IMG/VR virus record: IMGVR_UViG_3300020398_000013
Coordinates: 1 to 27,305 of that record
Length of the DNA stretch: 27,305 nt
Direction: 5' to 3' (one strand)
DNA from: a virus
Lineage: Duplodnaviria; Caudoviricetes
The translations under genes were made by a program, and so were the position numbers. Numbering within the stretch: position 1 is the first letter of the stretch; the number at the start of each line of letters is the position of its first letter. The notes beneath the pieces were generated by a model. The model worked only from the letters and a program-made list of their open reading frames with translations, had not been told where the DNA came from and did no database searches. This document shows positions 18,537 through 26,659 of the stretch, piece after piece.

Positions 18537-19061
18537 ATGCTAGAACAAGAACAAGAACTATTAACAACACTTGAAGGAAAAATGATAGATATTGCACTTA
18601 CTGAAGATGTTGATAGTAGATTGCGAAGATTAGCTACACATGGTCTTATAGCCAAAGATGAGCTTGCTTTGTTTGTTAAATTAATGAAAGACCTTGAAGC
18701 AGAAAAAACACCTACAATAACACAAAGACTCATGATTATGAGAATTTTTGATAAATTGCTTAAACTTATTATGGATAATAAGGAAGTTTATCAACGTGTA
18801 TTAGCATCCTTCAAGAAAAAGAAAAAAACTCAAAAAGAAGCATTTGAATCCTCTCATACTATTGTAGACCATGGAGGTAAACGATTTTATATTGATGAAA
18901 ATGAACAATTAATACCTTATAATTCTGAAATAGAAGAAGAATTGCCATCACCATCATTTAAAGTGACGAAGAAGTTAGGACATTTGGGATCGAAAAAATC
19001 ACCAACACGCCCAAAGTTTCCGGTTAGAACAGTACCGGCTATAGTAGCAGTTAGAGGATAA
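18537..19061 (+). CDS. hypothetical protein
   Basis: ATG immediately follows the upstream stop; helical domain after IALTE and a basic C-terminus. Confidence 0.75.
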   Translation: MLEQEQELLTTLEGKMIDIALTEDVDSRLRRLATHGLIAKDELALFVKLMKDLEAEKTPTITQRLMIMRIFDKLLKLIMDNKEVYQRVLASFKKKKKTQKEAFESSHTIVDHGGKRFYIDENEQLIPYNSEIEEELPSPSFKVTKKLGHLGSKKSPTRPKFPVRTVPAIVAVRG

Positions 19062-19067
19062 TAAATA
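19059..19067 (+). promoter_or_regulatory. T4-like late promoter candidate
   Basis: TAATAAATA a few nt upstream of ATG 19073, which has no SD, consistent with a very short leader. Confidence 0.45.
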
Positions 19068-19072
19068 TTATT

Positions 19073-20653
19073 ATGAAATTAAAAGAATTACATGAACGTA
19101 TAAGTAGAGAAAAGACCGCAGTTTTTACTTTTGGTCGAATGAATCCTCCTACTGTTGGACATGAAAAACTTTTAAATAAATTAAAAGAAGTAGCAAATAA
19201 AAATTCTGCTGATTGGTTTGTGTATCTTAGTTCTACACATGACACTAAGAAAAATCCATTATCTTTTGAACGTAAAATATATTATGCTAAAAAAATGTTT
19301 GGTAAAGAGGTAAATGAACATACATTTCCGCAAGAAACTACTGCATTACATGCTGCTGCATCAATATATGATAAAGGGTACAAAAAAATAATAATGGTTG
19401 TTGGCTCTGATAGAGTATCGAATTTTGATAAATTATTAAATCAGTATAATGGTCAGGATAAAGCTCATGGTTTTTATAAATTTGATAATATAAAAATAGT
19501 ATCAGCAGGAGAACGAGACCCTGATGCAGAAGGTGTTTCAGGAATGTCTGCTTCAAAATTGAGAAATTTTGCAGTAAAAGGCCAGTTTGAACAATTTCAA
19601 CAAGGTCTACTAGGATTGTCTGAAAAGGATGCCAAATCTTTGTTTAATGAGATTAGGAAAGGACTTAAATTGCAAGCAATAAGAGAGAAATTAAAGATTA
19701 AATCAGAAGTTGCTCCTGAAAAAGTTACAATAAGTGAATTTAAATTTTCGGATACGTTTAAAACAGAAAAAATACCAGTAAATGTTGAATCAGTTTTACG
19801 AAGAAAGGCAGAAGTTTCTGGTATTGCATATTCTATATTAAAATCCATCTATGAAAAATCAATAAAGAAATTTAAACTTGGACATGAAATAGGGCAGATA
19901 AAAGAACAATATGCAATTCAACAAATCAATCAATATTTATTGGATAATAAAGTGACTAATGATATAAATGAAGATTTTAAACTTTGGATGGAAATGGATG
20001 AATCAACGGATGTTGTTGTATCTACACCAACAGGAAGATATACTACAACAACATCTAGTGTGGCTCAGACAAAAAATAGGGAAAGACAGAGATTTAGGTC
20101 TGCACGAGATAGAAAATCTGTGACAGTTCGCAGAACACTTGGTAGAGAAAAGAGATATCTTGATAAAGAGCAGGATATTCGTAGTGAAGAAGCGCCTCCT
20201 GGTAGAGAGCATCAAGTAAAATCATTGAAAAAGAAAGTTGGAGAAAAGAAAGCATACGCATTTGCTTGGGCACAACATAATAAACATGGATTACCAGATA
20301 AAAAAGAAAATATTGAATGGGTCAAGGAACTTTCTTCAAAATCATTAAAAGAATCGTCATTTGACCATCAAGTTGTATTACAACAACTTGGAGGTAGAAA
20401 ATTTATGGCAATGACAGGCGCTAAAAACCTGACATTTAGTAAGGAAGATTCTTCATTGAGCATGAAAATAGGAAGGAATTCGGCTGGAGTGAATCATCTT
20501 AAAATTACGTTAGAACCAGATGATACTTATACAATATATTTTGGTAGAATTAGAAATTTAAATTATAAAGTTATAAGAACAGTTAAGGGTGTATATGCAG
20601 AAGCACTACAAGATGTATTCACCGAGGTAACAGGAATGTATACTAGTTTATAG
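19073..20653 (+). CDS. HIGH-superfamily cytidylyltransferase-like nucleotidyltransferase with C-terminal accessory modules
   Basis: VFTFGRMNPPTVGH (T/HxGH), MVVGSDR and SAGERDPDAEGVSGMSASKLR in the first ~200 aa, followed by ~320 aa of small unrelated modules. Confidence 0.85.
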   Translation: MKLKELHERISREKTAVFTFGRMNPPTVGHEKLLNKLKEVANKNSADWFVYLSSTHDTKKNPLSFERKIYYAKKMFGKEVNEHTFPQETTALHAAASIYDKGYKKIIMVVGSDRVSNFDKLLNQYNGQDKAHGFYKFDNIKIVSAGERDPDAEGVSGMSASKLRNFAVKGQFEQFQQGLLGLSEKDAKSLFNEIRKGLKLQAIREKLKIKSEVAPEKVTISEFKFSDTFKTEKIPVNVESVLRRKAEVSGIAYSILKSIYEKSIKKFKLGHEIGQIKEQYAIQQINQYLLDNKVTNDINEDFKLWMEMDESTDVVVSTPTGRYTTTTSSVAQTKNRERQRFRSARDRKSVTVRRTLGREKRYLDKEQDIRSEEAPPGREHQVKSLKKKVGEKKAYAFAWAQHNKHGLPDKKENIEWVKELSSKSLKESSFDHQVVLQQLGGRKFMAMTGAKNLTFSKEDSSLSMKIGRNSAGVNHLKITLEPDDTYTIYFGRIRNLNYKVIRTVKGVYAEALQDVFTEVTGMYTSL

Positions 20654-20663
20654 GGAAAAAATT

Positions 20664-23600
20664 ATGTTAAAATTAAATACACTTCATGACGGGGCATTTA
20701 CACAAACTGACTCACTTGCAGACGCATATCAAAAAATAAAAGAACAGGGTGATGTGCATGTTCACCATTATCCAAAAGGGGAAGCCCCTGACGATAAAAA
20801 GAAAAAAGAAAAAGAGGCTAAAGAAGCCGAGAAGAACGGTAATGGAAATGGTAATGGTGGGACTGCTTCTGCGCCTCCACAAGAGGAAGGTCCGCCTCCT
20901 CCAGAAGATTCAGGAAATCAAATGCCTAAATTTTCTAAAGATGAAGTAAAAAGAATTAGACTGATTCTCAAAAAAACCAAAGAAAAAAAAGAAGTTGAAC
21001 AGAAATTGAGTAATAAAAAAGATAAAGTTAATACAAAACCAAAGCTGAAAGATGCTAAGATTGATGAAATGGCCATTGAGCTAGAAGAGGGCCCAATCCA
21101 AACTAAATTGGCAAAATCTAAAAAAGGTAAGATTACAGTTAAAGACCATGATACCCTAGAAGATGCTAAGAAACATCTAGCAGACATGAGGACAAAGAGG
21201 TGGAATGGTATTATCTTACAAGACGGAAAACCTATTAAGGAACGTGTAGAACGTATAGATGACCTTGGAATTGATGAAGCATGGGAAGCGGGTACAGTTT
21301 ATCATCAAGATTATGGAGGTGGTGAAAGAACATATTTTAGAGCCGATGCTCTACAAAAAAATAAAAGGTGGAAAGGTATGTCTGTAGATGAGATTGGTGG
21401 AAAACAAAAGAAACCAAAAAATAATACAGCAGATGAAACCGTGCGGGGATGGGAAATAACCTCAAATAATGAGATACCAAAAGGATTGAAAGAAGAAGTT
21501 GAGATTGATGAAGGAAAATTAGGAACAGTCAAACTCAATACAGGAGATGTTGTGTCCGCTAAAATGGGGAAAGGGTATAGTTTCAAAGGTGATGAGAATA
21601 TGCAAGCATATAAGTTTACTAATCGAACTCAAGCACAAAAACATGCTGAAAAGGTTGGTGGTGAAGTAATTAAACCTGGTAGAGTGTTTTATGTGAGAAT
21701 GAATGAAGAAGTTGAGATTGATGAAGGTATTCGTGATTTTAAAATGGGCGACAAAGTAAAATTTGTTAACGATGATAGCGAATTTTGGGGGGAAACTGGT
21801 GAAATTACTACTTTAAGTGGAGATGGAATTAAACAAAAGGCTACAGTTAAATTAAACAAAAGTGGTAAAAGTGTTACCAATATTTTAGTCAAAGTTGATT
21901 TGATTAAAGAAAAATTTGAGATTGAAGAAAGAGCCAAAAATAAGTATCAATTATATCATAAGACATTTTCATCCGCAATGCAACATGCATATGATGTTGC
22001 AAAGCAGAGAGGATCTACAGTCGACCCTAATGAGATTGACAATAAAGTTGCAACAGGTCCAAAAAAACCTTCTAGCGGCAAAACCAATCGTTATATATTA
22101 GGTACGGACACGAAACAAAAATTGCATGTTCAAGTTGCAAACCTAGATAATAAACAATACGAACTCAATATGTATATTGAAGAAGTAAAACCAGAGGAGA
22201 ATATTAAAATGGAAGATGTTATTTTAGATGGACCTGCAATAAATACTTTTAATGATGGGGCATTTACAAATAATGACCCATTGAAAGATGTTTATGCTAA
22301 CATGGTAGCAAATTATAATGAAGTTGACCCTTATAGTGGTAAAGAGATTAATGCAGAAGAAAAAGAAGAACAATTGAATGAATTAGCCATTCCAACGCCA
22401 ACAGCATCAGTTATTAAAAGTGTAGGTAAACAATTAAGGGATTATGCACACACCACTCCAAGTATAGATAAAGATGATTTCCTCGCAACGGCAGATGTAT
22501 TGTTAAAAGGAAAACTCCCAAGTGAAAAACAAATTCCTCAAGATACAGACCCAAGAGAGTTTGTGCATGACCTTATGGCCAAGACATTCGGATGGAAATT
22601 TGTAGAACAAAAATATGGTATCACATTTCAATATAAAAGAAATTACAAAGAAGAAGTTGAATTGACAGAAAAAGTAAAACTTGAATGTCAGGAATGTGGT
22701 AAAAAGTTCTCGAAAGCTAAACCAACATCAAGCACTCGGTGTCCTAAATGTGGAGGAACAGATATTGATTTGGCGGAAGCAAGGGAGAACCCTAATGATA
22801 TCTACGAAGCTGATAAGCAGTATAGACGGTATGAAGGAGAAAATGAACATGGTAAAGCCGCAGTATATGCTTGGAAAAAATATCACGATAAGAGTAATCC
22901 AAGAGAAGTTTCGCATGGTAAAGATTTGGAATCTATTAATAAACGACATGCTGAACGTGGACATTTATCTCATGAAGATGGTCAAAAACGATATAAGATT
23001 TCTAAAACTTATACCGATAGAATGCATGCCAAACATAATCAAACAGAAGAAGTTGATATAGAAGAATCCGATAAGCAGTATAGACGGTATGAAGGTGAAA
23101 ACCAACATGGTAAAGCCGCAGTATATGCTTGGAAAAAATATCATGATAAAAGTAATCCAAGAGAAGTTTCGCATGGTAAAGAATTACATGCCATCAATAA
23201 ACGACATGATGAACGTGGGCATTTATCGCACGAAGATGGTCAAAAACGATATAAGATTTCCAAAAATTATACCGATAGAATGCATGCCAAACATAATCAA
23301 AAGGAAAATGTTGAATGGGTAAATGAACTTACTTCAAAATTTTTAATGAGAGCATCTAAAGTGGCAGGAAAAAAAGCAGATGATGCTTCAGTCAATAAAA
23401 ATTTTATTGATGTCGGCGGTAAAGAGGCACGTAAAAGGACTGACCAAAGTATTAAGTTTCATAGAGTTGCCCTTGATAGAAGGGTAAAGGATAAACAGAA
23501 AAAAGAAGATATTGAATTTAATGAAGATGCTAAAATGGGAAGACAGTCAGATGCACAATTGAAAACATTGCATAAAAAATTCTCCTCAATGGACCTATCT

Positions 23601-24623
23601 TCACCAGCGAATAAGCATTTTCATAAACGTGTTGAAAAGGAAATGGAAAAAAGAGGTTCTTCTCCTGGAAATACTTCTGAAGACTTTGTAGATAAATTTA
23701 CTACTAAAATTGATAAGTTGAAGCAACGGCATATAGATGAAGCAAAAACGCACCAACTAATCGAAGATATTATAAGTCAAGTTAAGCAATCAGGATTACC
23801 TAATGTTAGAGTAAAACGTGAAGATGGACGTCTGGAGTATGTTTATGTTGAATTAGAAGGAAAAACTTTAGAGGTATTTCCAAGAGGTAACGGCCAAATT
23901 GTTTCTGATAAAAAACTAACTGTAACAGATGAGATGTTAGAAGGTGAAGGGGAATGGCATAAGAAAGCAAGAAGATATGATGTAGAAATGAAAACTAGGT
24001 CTGGTGCTTATAGATATAATTTTCGAAGTCTTGATACACTCATATCACTTATGAAAGAGGAAAATATAATTGTTGATGGACAAAGTGGTGCAGGAGAACA
24101 GGGGACAGATGAATTGGTAAAAAAATATAAAAAAGATACTCCTGGTGAACCTAATGAAATTATTAAAGAAGGTGCTGTGACAATAGATAGTAGCGATGAT
24201 TTTAGGAAATTTGAACATATGGTTGAATATTTGATGGGAGTTTCTGTGAAATACCCTGAAAATTTTCAAATATTTCAAATTGAAGATACTCCAAATTATA
24301 GAATAGAACATGAGCATGGGCCTATTGCAACAATTACTGAAACAGATGTAAGAAATTTTATGGGACCAAATGTAGATATGGAAATGTTTATTGATTTGGC
24401 TAGAGGATGGGGATTAAACATTACAACTCCTGAACAAACTCATGTAATTGGAGACCAAGGGCCTGATGACCAGATTGTGAAAAAAATTGGTGATGTTTAT
24501 AATGAATCTGTAAAAAATCAAACTCCTCAAGAATATGCTGATGAATATTCTAAGAGATATGGTTTAAATGGTGCAATGGAACAAATGAGGAAAAATATAG
24601 AAGCGGTTGCAAAAAGGATTTAA
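20664..24623 (+). CDS. large modular (polyprotein-like) protein, putative internal head protein
   Basis: 1319 aa of ~40-90 aa modules separated by acidic EEVEIDE-type linkers; includes a KOW/SH3-like module, a CxxC...CxxC zinc ribbon and a duplicated His-rich module. Confidence 0.8.
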   Translation: MLKLNTLHDGAFTQTDSLADAYQKIKEQGDVHVHHYPKGEAPDDKKKKEKEAKEAEKNGNGNGNGGTASAPPQEEGPPPPEDSGNQMPKFSKDEVKRIRLILKKTKEKKEVEQKLSNKKDKVNTKPKLKDAKIDEMAIELEEGPIQTKLAKSKKGKITVKDHDTLEDAKKHLADMRTKRWNGIILQDGKPIKERVERIDDLGIDEAWEAGTVYHQDYGGGERTYFRADALQKNKRWKGMSVDEIGGKQKKPKNNTADETVRGWEITSNNEIPKGLKEEVEIDEGKLGTVKLNTGDVVSAKMGKGYSFKGDENMQAYKFTNRTQAQKHAEKVGGEVIKPGRVFYVRMNEEVEIDEGIRDFKMGDKVKFVNDDSEFWGETGEITTLSGDGIKQKATVKLNKSGKSVTNILVKVDLIKEKFEIEERAKNKYQLYHKTFSSAMQHAYDVAKQRGSTVDPNEIDNKVATGPKKPSSGKTNRYILGTDTKQKLHVQVANLDNKQYELNMYIEEVKPEENIKMEDVILDGPAINTFNDGAFTNNDPLKDVYANMVANYNEVDPYSGKEINAEEKEEQLNELAIPTPTASVIKSVGKQLRDYAHTTPSIDKDDFLATADVLLKGKLPSEKQIPQDTDPREFVHDLMAKTFGWKFVEQKYGITFQYKRNYKEEVELTEKVKLECQECGKKFSKAKPTSSTRCPKCGGTDIDLAEARENPNDIYEADKQYRRYEGENEHGKAAVYAWKKYHDKSNPREVSHGKDLESINKRHAERGHLSHEDGQKRYKISKTYTDRMHAKHNQTEEVDIEESDKQYRRYEGENQHGKAAVYAWKKYHDKSNPREVSHGKELHAINKRHDERGHLSHEDGQKRYKISKNYTDRMHAKHNQKENVEWVNELTSKFLMRASKVAGKKADDASVNKNFIDVGGKEARKRTDQSIKFHRVALDRRVKDKQKKEDIEFNEDAKMGRQSDAQLKTLHKKFSSMDLSSPANKHFHKRVEKEMEKRGSSPGNTSEDFVDKFTTKIDKLKQRHIDEAKTHQLIEDIISQVKQSGLPNVRVKREDGRLEYVYVELEGKTLEVFPRGNGQIVSDKKLTVTDEMLEGEGEWHKKARRYDVEMKTRSGAYRYNFRSLDTLISLMKEENIIVDGQSGAGEQGTDELVKKYKKDTPGEPNEIIKEGAVTIDSSDDFRKFEHMVEYLMGVSVKYPENFQIFQIEDTPNYRIEHEHGPIATITETDVRNFMGPNVDMEMFIDLARGWGLNITTPEQTHVIGDQGPDDQIVKKIGDVYNESVKNQTPQEYADEYSKRYGLNGAMEQMRKNIEAVAKRI
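21492..21727 (+). repeat. exact 23-bp direct repeat encoding the EEVEIDEG linker
   Basis: gaagaagttgagattgatgaagg at 21492-21514 and 21705-21727, flanking one module. Confidence 0.9.
22812..23301 (+). repeat. tandem duplication of a 232-bp coding module (period 258 bp)
   Basis: 22812-23043 versus 23070-23301, about 18 differences by manual count, separated by the TEEVDIEES linker. Confidence 0.95.
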
Positions 24624-25138
24624 TGTTATCAGAAGAAGTATATCTTCCTCAAATATATTGCGATATGGACCAAGTATTGGTTGATTTTTTAGGAGGTGCG
24701 GCTGATGTTTTAGGTATGGATTTTAGGGAAGCAGATAGAGATACTAGATGGAAATTGTTAGATGCACATCCCGATTTTTTCTTTAATTTGCCCCCTATGC
24801 CAGACTGGAAAATATTATGGAATTTCATTCGTAAATATGACCCTTTTATATTAAGTGCGTCTCCTAGGTCTAGTTTTGATAAAGCATCTATAGATAAGAA
24901 GAAATGGTGTAAAAAATATCTAAAAATAGATGAATCAAGAGTTTATACAGTCCATAGACAAGATAAAAAACATTTTGCTAAAGATGGAAGAGATGGTCGA
25001 CCTAATATATTAATTGATGACCATCCTAAAAATATTGGTGAATGGAGAGACAGTGGAGGAATAGGTGTATTACATACACCCCTTAATGCTAAAAATTCAG
25101 TTAAACAATTAATAAATATAGGATTTGGGAGAAGATAA
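24623..25138 (+). CDS. HAD-family 5'(3')-deoxyribonucleotidase-like phosphatase
   Basis: IYCDMDQVLVDF (DxD motif I), ILSASP (II), K (III), ILIDD (IV); TAATG coupling to the upstream ORF. Confidence 0.87.
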   Translation: MLSEEVYLPQIYCDMDQVLVDFLGGAADVLGMDFREADRDTRWKLLDAHPDFFFNLPPMPDWKILWNFIRKYDPFILSASPRSSFDKASIDKKKWCKKYLKIDESRVYTVHRQDKKHFAKDGRDGRPNILIDDHPKNIGEWRDSGGIGVLHTPLNAKNSVKQLINIGFGRR

Positions 25139-25139
25139 A

Positions 25140-25409
25140 ATGGCAGAGAAAATAATAAATGCTGGAACACGAAATATAGATGGCGTTGAAACGAAATTTT
25201 TAATTCGTAAAGGATTTAAGGCTTGGCAGGTTGAGCTTGATGGAGGAGTTATAGAGGACTGGGCGGAGCATCGTAAAATTCATACTGGCTCGCCTGACTC
25301 TTGGAGAATTGACCCATATTGGAATCATCCGGCAAATGCAGGGTTTGCTACATGGCTCGCGGACAAAGGTGAAACTCAGCCATGGCCGACCGAGCGTGAA
25401 GTTCGCTGA
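25140..25409 (+). CDS. hypothetical Trp-rich protein
   Basis: ATG 25140 just after the upstream stop with GGGAG upstream; 6 Trp in 89 aa. Confidence 0.65.
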   Translation: MAEKIINAGTRNIDGVETKFLIRKGFKAWQVELDGGVIEDWAEHRKIHTGSPDSWRIDPYWNHPANAGFATWLADKGETQPWPTEREVR

Positions 25410-25450
25410 AAATGGGTAATTTTTAATATACAATATTTAATGGAGATATT

Positions 25451-25735
25451 ATGGATTTGAATGAAGGTAATATATCATTGTTAAGTGATGATGAATTGAC
25501 TTACACCGAGAAAGAATTTGTAGATAGACTTTTATTGAAAAAAGTTGAAATTGATGAACTGTTTGCTAAACAATCTAAAGACTTGGATAGTATTGTTCGT
25601 CAAAAAGAAGAACTAAATAAAAGAGAAGAAACTATACAATATGAATTAAGTGGTTTACATGGTGCTAGAGTAGTTCTAGACCAATTAATAAACGAAAACC
25701 AGGTCAAGACCGAACAAGAAAACGAGGAACAATAA
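25451..25735 (+). CDS. hypothetical coiled-coil protein
   Basis: GGAG SD; heptad-like E/K/L-rich sequence followed by LHGARVVLDQL. Confidence 0.7.
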   Translation: MDLNEGNISLLSDDELTYTEKEFVDRLLLKKVEIDELFAKQSKDLDSIVRQKEELNKREETIQYELSGLHGARVVLDQLINENQVKTEQENEEQ

Positions 25736-25805
25736 GACATCCCTCTTATTGTTCCTTTATATAATGAACAGTCTTGGTTGAGTCCCAACATTCTTAGGAG
25801 TAACA

Positions 25806-26639
25806 ATGGCTGATAAAAAAATGACCGCCTTGACGGATTTATCAACTGCAATTGCATCTGATGATATTTTGCATGTGGTTGATGACCCTACAGGTAGTCC
25901 TATAAATAAAAGTGTTTCCGTATTTAATTTATTCGGAAATCTAAAACATACATCAAATCAAGGTGATGCTTCAGGCAGAGCATTTACTTCATCAACTTTA
26001 ACAGTAGATTATGATGCAACAACTGGTGATACAGTTGCTTTAAGTTCATATACAAATCATACGAAAGCAACAGGCACAGGCAACAGAACGATTAACAATT
26101 TGTATGGTGCGAAATTCCAAGCAGATGTCAATGGAACGGATGCTAACGTTACTGGAGTGGTAGCGGGAACATTAGTTACTGTTGATATTACAGGTGGTGC
26201 TGATGCTTCAACAATTGAGACATCAAGATTCGGAGCGGGCGGACACCCAGCTGCCGAGGCCAGAGCATATGGTATAAAAGTAGTCATGGATGATTCTGCG
26301 GCTACCCGCTTGGTGAATCCTGATGCATTTTTATGTTTAGATGATACTGGTGGTGCTGATGCCGATGCAGCAAAACCTGCTGCATTTCCAGTAAGATATT
26401 TATTTGAATTAGGGTCTGTGACTGGTGGTTTTGTGGCCGCCGCACATTGTGGAAACACTGCGGAAAACGCTCATCAGACTGGTAATAACAATGTTTTAGT
26501 TACAACTGATTTGAATACTGCAAATGTGGTACAGTCTGCAATTCAGTATGACGCCAAAATTAAAACAAAAATTAATGGAACAGATTATTGGTTGATGGCC
26601 ACATCGAATGGTAATCATCATAACTCTGACAACGGTTAA
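25806..26639 (+). CDS. virion structural/fibre-like protein
   Basis: AGGAG SD; [10 protein letters not shown]...[10 protein letters not shown]...NKSV N-terminal attachment-type motif; G/A/T/N-rich body; C-terminal [12 protein letters not shown]. Confidence 0.7.
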   Translation: MADKKMTALTDLSTAIASDDILHVVDDPTGSPINKSVSVFNLFGNLKHTSNQGDASGRAFTSSTLTVDYDATTGDTVALSSYTNHTKATGTGNRTINNLYGAKFQADVNGTDANVTGVVAGTLVTVDITGGADASTIETSRFGAGGHPAAEARAYGIKVVMDDSAATRLVNPDAFLCLDDTGGADADAAKPAAFPVRYLFELGSVTGGFVAAAHCGNTAENAHQTGNNNVLVTTDLNTANVVQSAIQYDAKIKTKINGTDYWLMATSNGNHHNSDNG

Positions 26640-26659
26640 TTTTTATATAAAGTAGGACT

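Noticed and set aside
21492-21727. 23-bp direct repeats as a CRISPR array
   Set aside because: Only two exact copies, 190 nt apart, in frame within a CDS, non-palindromic, with no cas genes.
22812-23301. Repeat pair as the template and variable regions of a diversity-generating retroelement
   Set aside because: Differences are not adenine-specific and are mostly synonymous, and there is no reverse transcriptase in the window.
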